64,000 nucleotides of DNA from an uncultured bacterium (GCA_963704645.1 OY969926.1:128001-192000); one strand, 5' to 3'. Positions 29,007 through 38,785 are shown, counted from the stretch's first letter. The notes: generated by a model from the letters alone, not told the origin. Translations and numbers: made by a program.

Positions 29007-29429
29007 TTACTTTACTTTTTTCTTAGTTTCTTTTTTATCTGAAATTTTTTCTTCTGTGGTTGCAATAAGCTTTTTCTTAGAAACAAAGTTACTAACAACT
29101 TCAGCTCCATTCTTCTTTAAAATTCTAACTTTTTTATCCCCTTTGATTTCAAACTTAACTTTAGAAATAGCTCCATCTTCAGTTACTAAAGAAAGGTTAG
29201 ATAAATCAATAAGTCTATCAGTCTCTAACTGTTCTCCAGGAACGTTAAAAGCAACGTTTTTCTTTTTAAATTTAACTATTTTAGGAATATTGTTAACTGC
29301 AGCTCTTAGTTGAGGCAATTTACCAGGTCTTAATTTAGTAACTACTTTAGTTACTTGACCAAGAATTCCTTTGTATTTTCCTGAGATGACTTTTACTTTA
29401 TCACCTGATTGAATTTTTCTCATAGACAT
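29007..29429 (-). CDS. rplX: 50S ribosomal protein L24
   Basis: GDKVKVISGKYKG KOW motif; position between rplN and rplE. Confidence 0.9.
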   Translation of the reverse strand: MSMRKIQSGDKVKVISGKYKGILGQVTKVVTKLRPGKLPQLRAAVNNIPKIVKFKKKNVAFNVPGEQLETDRLIDLSNLSLVTEDGAISKVKFEIKGDKKVRILKKNGAEVVSNFVSKKKLIATTEEKISDKKETKKKVK

Positions 29430-29433
29430 ATAA

Positions 29434-29805
29434 TTATAAAACTTCTTCGGCTAATGAAACTACTTTCGAAAAACCATCTTCTCTTAGCTCTCTGGCAACT
29501 GGGCCAAAGATACGAGTAGCAATTGGTTCTTTACTTGCTTTATTTACTACTACAGCAGCATTATCTGAAAAGCGAATTGCGCTTCCATCTTTTCTTTGAA
29601 CAGCAGCTTTTGTTCTAACAATTAAAATTGAAACAACTTGGCCTTTTCTAACTTTTCCATTTGGAGATGCTTTTTTTACAGAGCCAACAACAATATCACC
29701 AACTCCACAGCTAGATCTGTTGTTTTTTCCATTAACAGCAAAAAGCATTACTTTGTTTGCTCCAGAGTTGTCTGCTATATTAACTATACTTCGTTCTTGT
29801 AACAT
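29434..29805 (-). CDS. rplN: 50S ribosomal protein L14
   Basis: ADNSGA, TRIFGPVARELR. Confidence 0.96.
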   Translation of the reverse strand: MLQERSIVNIADNSGANKVMLFAVNGKNNRSSCGVGDIVVGSVKKASPNGKVRKGQVVSILIVRTKAAVQRKDGSAIRFSDNAAVVVNKASKEPIATRIFGPVARELREDGFSKVVSLAEEVL

Positions 29806-29806
29806 A

Positions 29807-30232
29807 TTATATTAAATTATCGTGTCTTGAAATTATTTTTGTATTGAAAGGTAGTTTGTGTCCTGCAATTCTGAAGGCTTCTCTAACCTTTTCTTCTGGG
29901 GCTCCACTAACTTCAAAGATTATTCTTCCTGGTTTAACTGGAAACATGAAGTATTCTAAACTTCCTGTACCAACTCCCATAGGAATATTACTAGCTTTTT
30001 TGGTAACTGGTCTTGATGGAAATACTCTGATGTAAATTTTTGCACCTTTGCACCTTCTACTAATAACTCTTCTAGCAGACTCAATTTGTCTACTTGAAAG
30101 CCAGTTACTAGACATTGCTTTTAAGGCAAATTCACCATTAACAAGAGTACTACCTCTTAATAGGGTTCCTTTTCTACTTTGTCCGTAGCGGTTAAATACT
30201 TTTCGGTGTACTATCTTTTTAGGGGTAAGCAT
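29807..30232 (-). CDS. rplP: 50S ribosomal protein L16
   Basis: RQIESARR, IRVFP, VKPGRIIFE, HKLP. Confidence 0.95.
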   Translation of the reverse strand: MLTPKKIVHRKVFNRYGQSRKGTLLRGSTLVNGEFALKAMSSNWLSSRQIESARRVISRRCKGAKIYIRVFPSRPVTKKASNIPMGVGTGSLEYFMFPVKPGRIIFEVSGAPEEKVREAFRIAGHKLPFNTKIISRHDNLI

Positions 30233-30245
30233 ATTGTTAATGTAA

Positions 30246-30461
30246 TTATTCTACTGCTCTAAATCTAATTGTTTTAGAAACAGGGATAGAGTTAATAATT
30301 TCTATTTGTTGCCCAACTTCAAATTTAGATGAGTCGGTGCAAGCTACAGAGTAACTCTTTTTGGTTTTAAAACGCTTCTTATATTTTGAATGCAACTTTG
30401 TAGTATACACCACAACAGTTAAAGCCTTTTGCATTTTGTTTGAAGTTATTGTTCCAATCAT
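30246..30461 (-). CDS. rpsQ: 30S ribosomal protein S17
   Basis: SNKMQKALTV, HSKYKKR, PVSKT. Confidence 0.9.
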   Translation of the reverse strand: MIGTITSNKMQKALTVVVYTTKLHSKYKKRFKTKKSYSVACTDSSKFEVGQQIEIINSIPVSKTIRFRAVE

Positions 30462-30465
30462 ATAT

Positions 30466-31149
30466 CTAGTAAGTGTAGTTTGTCAATTTATTTCCTTTGT
30501 ATAGCATTACTCTAACGCCAATAATACCTGCAGCAGTGTGAGAATCTATGTTAGCGGTATCAATAATAGAGCTAATTGTATGTCTTGGAATACTTCCAAA
30601 GGCTACCTCTTCTTTTCTTGCAATTTCAGCTTTATTTAACCTACCTTTTACAGTAATTTTAGCACCCAAAATACCGGAGTATTTAATTTTTTCTAAATAG
30701 CTCTTAATTAATCTCCTGTAAGGAATATTTTTTTCTAAGGCAGTAGAAATATCTGAAGCAATTACTTGTGCAGATCTAAATGGATCTTTAAATTCTTCAA
30801 TACTTACTTTTAAATCTTTAGGTAAGGCAAATTTTGTAACTAGGTTTTGTCTTAAAGCATTAATTGTTGCTCCAGATTTTCCAATTACTACACCAGGTTT
30901 AGTTACATATAAGTAAATCTCAACTCTTCTGAAGTATCTACGAATAATAATGTCTACTAATCCAGCAGATTTTATTTCTTTTTTAATATAGTCACGTATT
31001 TCTGAATCTTGGAAAAGAATTTTAGAATAGTTTCTTCCAGTTGCAAACCATACAGATTTTTGCAATGTTGTTGGATCGGCACCCGCAGTTTCAACTTGAG
31101 AAAGTGTTTGGAATGATCTAAATAGTTTAGTTGATATTTTTTGTCCCAT
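30466..31149 (-). CDS. rpsC: 30S ribosomal protein S3
   Basis: MGQK, KPGVVIGKSG, GRLNKAEIAR, GIIGVRV. Confidence 0.95.
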   Translation of the reverse strand: MGQKISTKLFRSFQTLSQVETAGADPTTLQKSVWFATGRNYSKILFQDSEIRDYIKKEIKSAGLVDIIIRRYFRRVEIYLYVTKPGVVIGKSGATINALRQNLVTKFALPKDLKVSIEEFKDPFRSAQVIASDISTALEKNIPYRRLIKSYLEKIKYSGILGAKITVKGRLNKAEIARKEEVAFGSIPRHTISSIIDTANIDSHTAAGIIGVRVMLYKGNKLTNYTY

Positions 31150-31154
31150 AATTA

Positions 31155-31529
31155 TTATTTTACTTTTGCTTTAGCTTTTGTCAAAATTTCGGAAGCTGGT
31201 TTAAGCATTACTTTCAATCTTGTTGTTCTTCTTCTAATTTTGAAGGCAGAACCTCTGGCTCTAGGTACAAACCTATATAGTTTTTTATCTTCCTCAGCTA
31301 CAATTTCTGAAACTACAAAAGTTTTGTATTCTGCTTCAGTAATTTTTAAATTGTTTGCAGCATTTTTTAGTAAATCGAAAAATTTCTTGGTTTTACCTTT
31401 TTGCAAATTCTTTAATTGCTCTAAAGCTTGTTCTAAATTTAAACCACGAATAACGTTCAAAACTAATCTAGATTTTCTAGGAGAGTAATTAATAGTTGTA
31501 CTAGCGGTAGTTCTTTTGGCAACTGACAT
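31155..31529 (-). CDS. rplV: 50S ribosomal protein L22
   Basis: SPRKSRLV..IRG, PRARGSA. Confidence 0.93.
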   Translation of the reverse strand: MSVAKRTTASTTINYSPRKSRLVLNVIRGLNLEQALEQLKNLQKGKTKKFFDLLKNAANNLKITEAEYKTFVVSEIVAEEDKKLYRFVPRARGSAFKIRRRTTRLKVMLKPASEILTKAKAKVK

Positions 31530-31530
31530 A

Positions 31531-32364
31531 TTATTTTTTAATTCTTCGTTTTATGATAAATTTACTACTCTCTTTTTTCTTATTTCTAGTTTTAACACCT
31601 AAAGCATGTTTGCCCCAAGGAGTTTTAGGATAAGCCATACCAATAGAGTTTGAAGCCTCTCCACCACCATGAGGGTGATCAACAGGATTCATAACTTTTC
31701 CTCTAACAGTAGGTCTAATGCCCATATGTCTACTTCTTCCAGCCTTACCAATTCTTACTTGGTTATGGGCATCGTTAGACATTCTACTAATTACACAGTT
31801 ACAAGTTTCTTGGAATTTTCTAATTTCGCCTGAAGCTAATTTTAAAGTAACATATCCGTCGTCTTTAGCAGTAACTGTAGCGTAAGCACCAGCAGATCTT
31901 AATAATTTAGCACCTTGATTAGGCTTGAATTCAACTTGAGAAACAGCAGTACCTACAGGAACAAATTTTAATTGCACTTGGTTACCATCCTGAATTTCGT
32001 TTGTTGGAGTGTATTTCTTACCTACTTCAATTCCTTTACTATTTAAGATGTACTTTTTAACACCTGATTTTAAATCTGATACTAAACTAATAAAAGCAGT
32101 TCTTGTTGGATCGTATTCTACAGTTAAAACTTTAAATCCTTCTGGGAAGTTTCTTTTGAAATCTACTTCTCTTACTAATTTACTTGCTCCACCACCTTGG
32201 TGTCTTACAGTAATTTTACCACTAGCATTTCTTCCAGCAGCTCTAGTTTTACGAACTAAAAGTTTTTTGAAGGGTTTATCTGTTGTAAGAAACTCCTTAT
32301 AGTTAATTACAGAAGTTTTTCTTCTGGCATTTGTTGTTGGTTTATATAATTTAATGGAAGCCAT
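31531..32364 (-). CDS. rplB: 50S ribosomal protein L2
   Basis: EYDPTR, RPTVRG, MNPVDHPHGGGE. Confidence 0.97.
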   Translation of the reverse strand: MASIKLYKPTTNARRKTSVINYKEFLTTDKPFKKLLVRKTRAAGRNASGKITVRHQGGGASKLVREVDFKRNFPEGFKVLTVEYDPTRTAFISLVSDLKSGVKKYILNSKGIEVGKKYTPTNEIQDGNQVQLKFVPVGTAVSQVEFKPNQGAKLLRSAGAYATVTAKDDGYVTLKLASGEIRKFQETCNCVISRMSNDAHNQVRIGKAGRSRHMGIRPTVRGKVMNPVDHPHGGGEASNSIGMAYPKTPWGKHALGVKTRNKKKESSKFIIKRRIKK

Positions 32365-32372
32365 ATTAATTC

Positions 32373-32642
32373 TTATTTTGCTTTCTTACCACCATGGCCT
32401 TTAAAAATTGTTGTTGGAGAAAATTCACCTAATTTGTGGCCAACCATATCTTCTGTTACAAAAACATCTATAAATTTCTTACCATTGTGCACACCAAAAG
32501 TTACACCTACAAAATCAGGTAAAATTGTGCTGGAACGATACCAAGTTTTTAAAGTGGTTTTGTTTCCATCAGCTTTAAGTTTGGTAACTTTGCTTATTAG
32601 TTTTAGATCGCAATATGGACCTTTTTTTAATGAACGTGACAT
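32373..32642 (-). CDS. rpsS: 30S ribosomal protein S19
   Basis: [24 protein letters not shown]. Confidence 0.97.
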   Translation of the reverse strand: MSRSLKKGPYCDLKLISKVTKLKADGNKTTLKTWYRSSTILPDFVGVTFGVHNGKKFIDVFVTEDMVGHKLGEFSPTTIFKGHGGKKAK

Positions 32643-32645
32643 ATT

Positions 32646-32936
32646 CTATATTTCAATTGGTTTATCATTACTTAATGTTTGTCCAAGTTTTAATTTTACT
32701 AAATACTTTTTAGGACGAATTTGTTTAACAGTGTTTCCTCTTCTTCCTCTTACTTTTAACTTAGCGTAAGGGTTAACTACACCAATATTAACAACGTCTA
32801 ATTGATTCTTTTTTAAGATATTAGATAAAGTAATTTTATTTGGCTTGTACTTTGCATCGTCAAAAGATATTGTAAAAATACCTTGCTGTTGCAAAAGATA
32901 GGCTTTTTCAGTTTCGTGAACTATAATTTTTGGCAT
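32646..32936 (-). CDS. rplW: 50S ribosomal protein L23 (very divergent)
   Basis: TEKA, NK, KKYLVKL; position after rplD. Confidence 0.8.
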   Translation of the reverse strand: MPKIIVHETEKAYLLQQQGIFTISFDDAKYKPNKITLSNILKKNQLDVVNIGVVNPYAKLKVRGRRGNTVKQIRPKKYLVKLKLGQTLSNDKPIEI

Positions 32937-32948
32937 ATTTATAATATT

Positions 32949-33575
32949 CTATATTTGGTTAAGCTTAGATTCTAAAACTTCTCTAGCAGCTTTTGTTAGA
33001 ACCAAGTTTTCCTTGTTAGCTAGTTTAAAGATTTTTAAATTGGTTACATTCATTAAAAATACATCTGTATTTCCAAAGCCTTTTAAAGTGTCTTTTTCTG
33101 CAGTTGTATAAGAAAGTATAGATTTCCTTTCAATTATCCCATTAGTTTCTAATAATTGAATTGCAGACTTTGTTTTTACTAAATCTAGTCCATCTTCTAA
33201 TTGATAAACTTTCTGGTCTACTAATCTGTCTTTAAGAATAGATTTAAGGGCAGCAACTCTGGCAGATTTGTTAATTTTTCTGTTCCAGTTTCTATCTGAT
33301 CTAGGACCAAAGGCTACACCACCACCAACCCAAATAGGTGAACGAGTTGAACCATGTCTAGCTCTTCCTGTTCCTTTTTGTTTCCATGGTTTTCTACCTC
33401 CGCCTCTAACTTCAGCTCTAGTTTTTGTGTGAGCGTTTCCAGCCCTTTGGTTTAACAATTCGCTTCTAATAACTTCAGCTAGCAATTTTGTTCTAACTTC
33501 GTATTCGGAAAGAAATTCAAAAGCAACTTCTTGTTTGGCTTTTTTATCTGATAAGATTGTAATTTGTAGAGACAT
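32949..33575 (-). CDS. rplD: 50S ribosomal protein L4
   Basis: TKTRAEVRGGGRKPWKQKGTGRARHGS. Confidence 0.96.
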   Translation of the reverse strand: MSLQITILSDKKAKQEVAFEFLSEYEVRTKLLAEVIRSELLNQRAGNAHTKTRAEVRGGGRKPWKQKGTGRARHGSTRSPIWVGGGVAFGPRSDRNWNRKINKSARVAALKSILKDRLVDQKVYQLEDGLDLVKTKSAIQLLETNGIIERKSILSYTTAEKDTLKGFGNTDVFLMNVTNLKIFKLANKENLVLTKAAREVLESKLNQI

Positions 33576-33583
33576 GTTTCTAT

Positions 33584-34183
33584 TTATTTCTTAATAACTT
33601 TTAAAATTCCTCCGTTTGGACCAGGTAAAGAACCTTTAATGAATAATAGGTTTTGTTCTAAATCTATTGCTAAAATTTTAGCTTCTCTTATTGTTTGATT
33701 TGCATTTCCGCTGTGACCAGCCATTTTTTTACCAATAACAGTTCTTTGTGGCCATCTCATACCAATAGAACCAGGAGCTCTAACGTGATCATGTCCGTGG
33801 GATGCAGGTTGTCCGTGGAAGCCCCATCTTTTAACAACACCTGTAAAACCTTTTCCAATTGTTAATCCTGTAATATCAATTTTATCGTTTACTACAAAAG
33901 CCTCAATGTTTAAATCGGTTGTTTCAGAGTCAATTTTAACTTTGAACTCTGCTACATGTTGAAAATCTGTTTCATCTTGGTGAAACTTTTGTACATGACC
34001 AGATCTTGCTTTAGTTGTTCTCTTTTTTGGGAAAGAAGCAATTTGAACAGCATCGTAACCATCTTTAACAGATTCTTTTCTTTGTAGAATAAACTGCTTA
34101 TTAAACTCTATAGCAGTTACAGGAAGAGCTCTGCCTTCCACAAAAATTCTTGTCATTCCTAATTTTTTCGCAAAACCGTACAT
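33584..34183 (-). CDS. rplC: 50S ribosomal protein L3
   Basis: KLGMT, DGYDAVQ, GKGFTGVVKRWGF, RAPGSIG. Confidence 0.96.
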   Translation of the reverse strand: MYGFAKKLGMTRIFVEGRALPVTAIEFNKQFILQRKESVKDGYDAVQIASFPKKRTTKARSGHVQKFHQDETDFQHVAEFKVKIDSETTDLNIEAFVVNDKIDITGLTIGKGFTGVVKRWGFHGQPASHGHDHVRAPGSIGMRWPQRTVIGKKMAGHSGNANQTIREAKILAIDLEQNLLFIKGSLPGPNGGILKVIKK

Positions 34184-34214
34184 ATATCTTATATTTTCTT
34201 GTATTTCTTAATAA

Positions 34215-34526
34215 TTAAATTGTTTCAATGTTTATCTCTACACCGGCTGGCAAAGAAAGAGTAGATAAATTATTTACTACTTCACTGCTAACGTCGTTAA
34301 TATCAATTAATCTTTTATGAACTCTAGATTCTAGTTTATCTTTAGATTTTTTGAAAACGAAAGTAGCACGGTTAATAGTGATAATTTTCTTTCTTGTTTT
34401 AAGTGGCACAGGGCCAATAACTTTAGCTCCTGACTTAATAATAACTTGGACTAGCTTTTTTATAGCTTCTTCAAGTACTTTATGGTCAAAAGAATAAACT
34501 CTAACTCTCATTTTGGTTCCAGACAT
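34215..34526 (-). CDS. rpsJ: 30S ribosomal protein S10
   Basis: GPVPL, HKRLIDI, LPAGVEI. Confidence 0.95.
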   Translation of the reverse strand: MSGTKMRVRVYSFDHKVLEEAIKKLVQVIIKSGAKVIGPVPLKTRKKIITINRATFVFKKSKDKLESRVHKRLIDINDVSSEVVNNLSTLSLPAGVEINIETI

Positions 34527-34648
34527 ATTGGTTAATAGGTAGCAGTATTAATAAGTAAAAGAGGAAACATAGTTTGTCAAGCACACACAACTTAAAGACA
34601 TTTTAAGGGGAGAATATTTAATTACTTTATATCGTTTTTAATCTATAA

Positions 34649-35482
34649 TTATACTCTAACTATTTTATTTATACTGGCTGGAATATTGGCTTGGATTTTA
34701 GACAAATTAGAAATAAAGTTTCTGCAAATTGTTTCAGGCGTAGCTAAAGAACCTAAGCAAAGCCTATTCATAGCTGTTTGCTCCAAGTTCAACTTTGGAT
34801 AATCTTCCTTAACAATAAATTGGGTTGGGTTATTTATATTCAAGTATTTATAGGCAGAAATAATTGGCCCTATTAAGCTAGAATAATCTAAAACGGTGAA
34901 GCTAATATTTTTTGGTAGTAGACTTTCTAAAATTTTTAAATCTGGGTTCTTAGATTTCAAACTGTAGACTTTTACTTCATCTTTAGTAATGTATATTTCT
35001 AAGGGCCAACCTGTTCTTAACAAACCTTCATGTGACTGATAAATTGATAAGTTCGATGTTTCTGTAAATTCCAAATCATTTATCCTTGTTACTGGAAAAG
35101 AGTTTTTATGAATTAAATAATAATCATCCACCTCTTCAAAATTATTGTCGTCACTAGAAAAAATAGATTTAGGAAAATGCATCCAGCCTAAATTACTATC
35201 TACGTTAAAATGAAACAAATTAGGCCCAGGAGAAAATAATTTAACCAGATTTTTAGCCCATGAAGGCAAGACTGATTCTGTTAAATACTTATCTAAATTA
35301 CTATGAATTTTAATTAATTCTTTAATTTCTGGGAATGTTTTGTTTGAAGATTCATTATCTTCTAAATTTTTAGAAAATGCCAAGCTTTCAGTAATAACAA
35401 CCTGATTGTTTATGCTTTTTTTAGTTTTTGTTTCTTTGAGATCTAGGGTTTTTAAAAATTGCATACTTTTTTGTGATGGCAT
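34649..35482 (-). CDS. hypothetical protein
   Basis: Long ORF without a recognised motif; ATG at 35482 preferred. Confidence 0.6.
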   Translation of the reverse strand: MPSQKSMQFLKTLDLKETKTKKSINNQVVITESLAFSKNLEDNESSNKTFPEIKELIKIHSNLDKYLTESVLPSWAKNLVKLFSPGPNLFHFNVDSNLGWMHFPKSIFSSDDNNFEEVDDYYLIHKNSFPVTRINDLEFTETSNLSIYQSHEGLLRTGWPLEIYITKDEVKVYSLKSKNPDLKILESLLPKNISFTVLDYSSLIGPIISAYKYLNINNPTQFIVKEDYPKLNLEQTAMNRLCLGSLATPETICRNFISNLSKIQANIPASINKIVRV

Positions 35483-35580
35483 ATAGTAAGCATAAAAAAA
35501 TTCTTTTGACAAGAAGAAATAAAAAGCCCTTGTTACAAACTACAAACTGTAATTGCCGCACTTAAATAGTGTCTTTTGAT

Positions 35581-36432
35581 ATGAATCTACTATTTACCAG
35601 TACACTTATAATTATTTTAGCTATCATGGGGATAGTTTTAATTATAAATTATTTAATAATTTCTTGGGAAAGCCAAAAAGTTGATGCTTTAGCAAGCCAA
35701 ATTAAACATTCAAGCTACGAAGAAAATTCCATTCTATATAAAAGCGATGTTAGTAGAGAATTTACCAGTTTAGATTTAATTAAAGTTAGTAAGGCCGGCA
35801 TAAATAAAGCAACTAACATATATGATAAAACATTGGTTAAAATTACCAGCCAAGAATACCCAAACTGGATTAACAGAGTGGTAGAGGAATTAACTAAACT
35901 TCGCCAAAACTTTATTAAAACTGTCAGAGGCTGGATAAAATACATAGTTTCATTAAGCAAACCAGCTGTTGAAGAAACCAAACACGATAAAGTTAATGCT
36001 TTCAGGGAAAAAATAAAAATGGAGGAAATAGAAGATTTTGTAGATAAAGTTGTTGATAATAATTTATCTCAGGCTAACTCTTTAACAGTTTTAGAAGACC
36101 AAAGCTTATCTAAATTAGATGAAAAAATGGATGTAGCCGATAATTCCACTTTAGAAAATAAAACTGCAACACTAAACCTTGCTTCCAACCCAAACAGAGC
36201 TGCCCAGGCTGGAGAAGGTGCTGGAATTTTTGAAAAACTAGAAAATAGAATTTTGCAGAAAATGAAAGATGTAGGCTTAGGAAATTATGATTTATGGTTA
36301 GAACTAGGACAACTATATTTAAAATACGGAGAGAAAGAAAAAGCAGTTGAGGTTTTTGCATTAGTTTTAAAACACACTCAGGATGAAGGTCAAAAAGATT
36401 TAGCCAGAAACCAATTAATAGGACTTAACTAA
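35581..36432 (+). CDS. membrane-anchored protein with C-terminal TPR motif
   Basis: N-terminal TM; WLELGQLYLKYGEKEKAVEVF TPR. Confidence 0.7.
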   Translation: MNLLFTSTLIIILAIMGIVLIINYLIISWESQKVDALASQIKHSSYEENSILYKSDVSREFTSLDLIKVSKAGINKATNIYDKTLVKITSQEYPNWINRVVEELTKLRQNFIKTVRGWIKYIVSLSKPAVEETKHDKVNAFREKIKMEEIEDFVDKVVDNNLSQANSLTVLEDQSLSKLDEKMDVADNSTLENKTATLNLASNPNRAAQAGEGAGIFEKLENRILQKMKDVGLGNYDLWLELGQLYLKYGEKEKAVEVFALVLKHTQDEGQKDLARNQLIGLN

Positions 36433-36433
36433 T

Positions 36434-37012
36434 ATGATAGCTTTTATTTCTGGGAAAGTAATTCACAGGCAAATAGATTCTGTAGTAATTAAAACTACTT
36501 CAGGACTTGGTTATATAGTGCAGGTTTCACCTAATTCAAACATTTTGCTAAACGAAACATTAGAGCTTTATATTTACCATTCAATAAACCGAGAAGGAGA
36601 GCAAAACTTATTTGGATTCGACAGTTTTAGCTTACGTGATTGGATGATAAAGCTATTACAAGTTCCAGGAGTTGGCCCAAAAATGGCAGCCACTATAGTA
36701 TTTAATTTAGGCGAAAGAATTGGCCAAATTTTGCAACTAGGAGATTTAGACCAATTGCAAGAAATTAAAGGTCTAGGAACTAAAACAGCCAAGAAAATTT
36801 TATTAGAATTCCAAGGAAAGAATTTTGATTTGAACAGCGCTTTAAATAACAGCCCATTTGCCCTACAGTTTTCCGACGGTTTAAAAAACTTAGGATACAA
36901 ACAAAACGAAATTGTAACCAGTATTACCCAATTAAAAACCCTAGAAAAATGGGACGAAGAAAATTTAGGCGAAACGTTAAGGTGGGGGTTGAAGTTGTTG
37001 TCTAAGAAGTAG
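36434..37012 (+). CDS. ruvA: Holliday junction branch migration protein RuvA
   Basis: MIAFISG, GLGY, LFGF, VPGVGPKMA, GLGTKTAKKILLE, LKNLGY. Confidence 0.93.
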   Translation: MIAFISGKVIHRQIDSVVIKTTSGLGYIVQVSPNSNILLNETLELYIYHSINREGEQNLFGFDSFSLRDWMIKLLQVPGVGPKMAATIVFNLGERIGQILQLGDLDQLQEIKGLGTKTAKKILLEFQGKNFDLNSALNNSPFALQFSDGLKNLGYKQNEIVTSITQLKTLEKWDEENLGETLRWGLKLLSKK

Positions 37013-37015
37013 AAT

Positions 37016-37039
37016 GTAGGGGCGATCCCCGCGTCGCCA
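37016..37039 (+). repeat. single GTAG-tagged REP-like hairpin
   Basis: GTAG-GGGCGA-TCCCCGCG-TCGCCA; GC-rich stem in AT-rich DNA right after the ruvA stop. Confidence 0.55.
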
Positions 37040-37125
37040 TTTAGACTTTTGAATTGAAACTATATTGTTACCGTCGAAGCTTGGAATTAATATACAAACA
37101 GTATAAAGTAGAAAATAATTTACAA

Positions 37126-37668
37126 CTAGTTATACTCCTCTAGTTTTTCTAAACTAGATACCCTACCCCTACCATACGGTGCGTAAAATTCAACTTTATT
37201 TCCGTGCTCGTCTTTACTTTCCCAATTAATCCACAAATCTTTTTTGTCATGGTTTAAAGAAAGCCTTTCCATATAATCTTTTAAGCTTATATCATGAGTT
37301 TTTAAATTTTCACTAATACTTTGGATAATTGTTTTTGTTGCCATGTTAACAGCTTGTATTATGGCGTTATACAACTCAGCAGGATTTTCTTGATTGCTTT
37401 GTTCTTTTAAGAAGTCTGGGTCTATTTCTATTTGATGAATTAAAAAGTTGAAATCCATTGCAACTAAGACTTTAACTTTATCTGCAAAACCAAGAATTAC
37501 AGGGCTAGTCTCTTCTAGTAATAATTGTTTAAGTTTTAACTGATTGTCCCACCTACCTTCAGCCTTCAGTTTATCTATTTCTGAGTCTAAAAATAGTAAA
37601 CCAACTACATAGTCTTGATAACGGTTGTTTATAATGTATCTTCCAAAAGATCTAAAAAAAGTTTGCAT
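37126..37668 (-). CDS. hypothetical protein, FYAP-family member A2 (cassette copy 2)
   Basis: LNHDKKDLWINWESKDEHGNKVEFYAPYG; counterpart of 14599..15141. Confidence 0.8.
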   Translation of the reverse strand: MQTFFRSFGRYIINNRYQDYVVGLLFLDSEIDKLKAEGRWDNQLKLKQLLLEETSPVILGFADKVKVLVAMDFNFLIHQIEIDPDFLKEQSNQENPAELYNAIIQAVNMATKTIIQSISENLKTHDISLKDYMERLSLNHDKKDLWINWESKDEHGNKVEFYAPYGRGRVSSLEKLEEYN

Positions 37669-37727
37669 ATTCCTGAATTTATTATTTTGATTTAATTTTT
37701 TGTACTGAAATGAGTTTATAATTTTAT

Positions 37728-38255
37728 TTAAGCAGCAAGCGTTGTAACTTCAATATTATAATTTGGAGCGTAAAATTCTATTTTATTTTGGTTTTCATCC
37801 AAAGCTTCCCAATACAACCAAGTTTTACTTTTGTCAGTTTTTTTGGCAATTTTATTAATAAATTCTGCCATACTAATTTCGTTCGTTTGCAGCTCTTTCT
37901 GAATAGACAGTATAGTTTGGTTTATTGCAGTTTTAATTGCTAACTTTTGCTCTTCAGTTTCAACAGTCCAACCTCCTGGTTTATAATCTGGTTGAAAATA
38001 TTTACTATCTAACTGTGTTTGGTAAATCATAAAGTTATAATCCATCATAATGGTTATTCTGATTTCCGATAAAAACCTTTTAATGTTTTGATTTGATGCA
38101 GAAACAAATAAGTTATACAAATAACTTTCTCGCTTGGTATAAGCACCGTCGTCTATTTCATTAATTTCTTTATCAAAAATTGCTAAAATAATTGAATACC
38201 GATCTTCTTTTTCATCAACTAGGTGGGTGTTAACATTTCTAAACAGACAGTACAT
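37728..38255 (-). CDS. hypothetical protein, FYAP-family member B2 (cassette copy 2)
   Basis: MYCLF start, TNEISM..FI..I...DKSK.W..W..DE....FYAP, ends TLAA like B1 (TLAL). Confidence 0.8.
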   Translation of the reverse strand: MYCLFRNVNTHLVDEKEDRYSIILAIFDKEINEIDDGAYTKRESYLYNLFVSASNQNIKRFLSEIRITIMMDYNFMIYQTQLDSKYFQPDYKPGGWTVETEEQKLAIKTAINQTILSIQKELQTNEISMAEFINKIAKKTDKSKTWLYWEALDENQNKIEFYAPNYNIEVTTLAA

Positions 38256-38278
38256 AATCAGTCTTATAAGTTAACTTT

Positions 38279-38391
38279 TTCTTGACATTTGTCAAAATAA
38301 AATGCCAATATATATATCATACTATTTTATATGTGTTTAGTTAATTCTAAATTGCATTAAGTTAGTTACTAAAACCGATTTTTGGAGGAAA
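38279..38391. repeat. conserved divergent spacer of cassette copy 2 (repeat of 15163..15277)
   Basis: Same TTGACATTTGTCAA palindrome, TATCATACTATTTTATAT block and AAAACCGATTTTTGGAGGAAA leader. Confidence 0.85.
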
Positions 38392-38396
38392 TGACG

Positions 38397-38720
38397 ATGC
38401 CCTGGGATAAATTTTGGAGTAAAGGAGATCATGTTGATTCTAAAGTTGGCATTGATCTGAGCAATGGGGACATGACGACATTAACGAGAGGTGTGGAACA
38501 TCGTGGAAACAAAGATGATTACCCTCACATGAGTTTCACCGTTGATATCCATGGTCAAGTCACCAATGCCCACTATTCAAACTCTAAACATGCTTCTGAT
38601 AGAGTGGGAACTGATTCTCAAGAATGGAGAAAACCAGAATATGATTCTAACCACAATACTGATTATTCTGGACATGAAACAGACTATGGTGCAAGTAAAG
38701 GGTTGGGTGATAAATATTAA
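38397..38720 (+). CDS. small His-motif hypothetical protein C2 (cassette copy 2)
   Basis: GGAGGA SD 7 nt before ATG 38397 (MPWDKFW); paralog of 15284..15622. Confidence 0.85.
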   Translation: MPWDKFWSKGDHVDSKVGIDLSNGDMTTLTRGVEHRGNKDDYPHMSFTVDIHGQVTNAHYSNSKHASDRVGTDSQEWRKPEYDSNHNTDYSGHETDYGASKGLGDKY

Positions 38721-38785
38721 AAGTACATATCACTGAGTCTTTTAGGTTTCCAATATCCAACAAAAGTAGCAAGTCTACAATTTCT

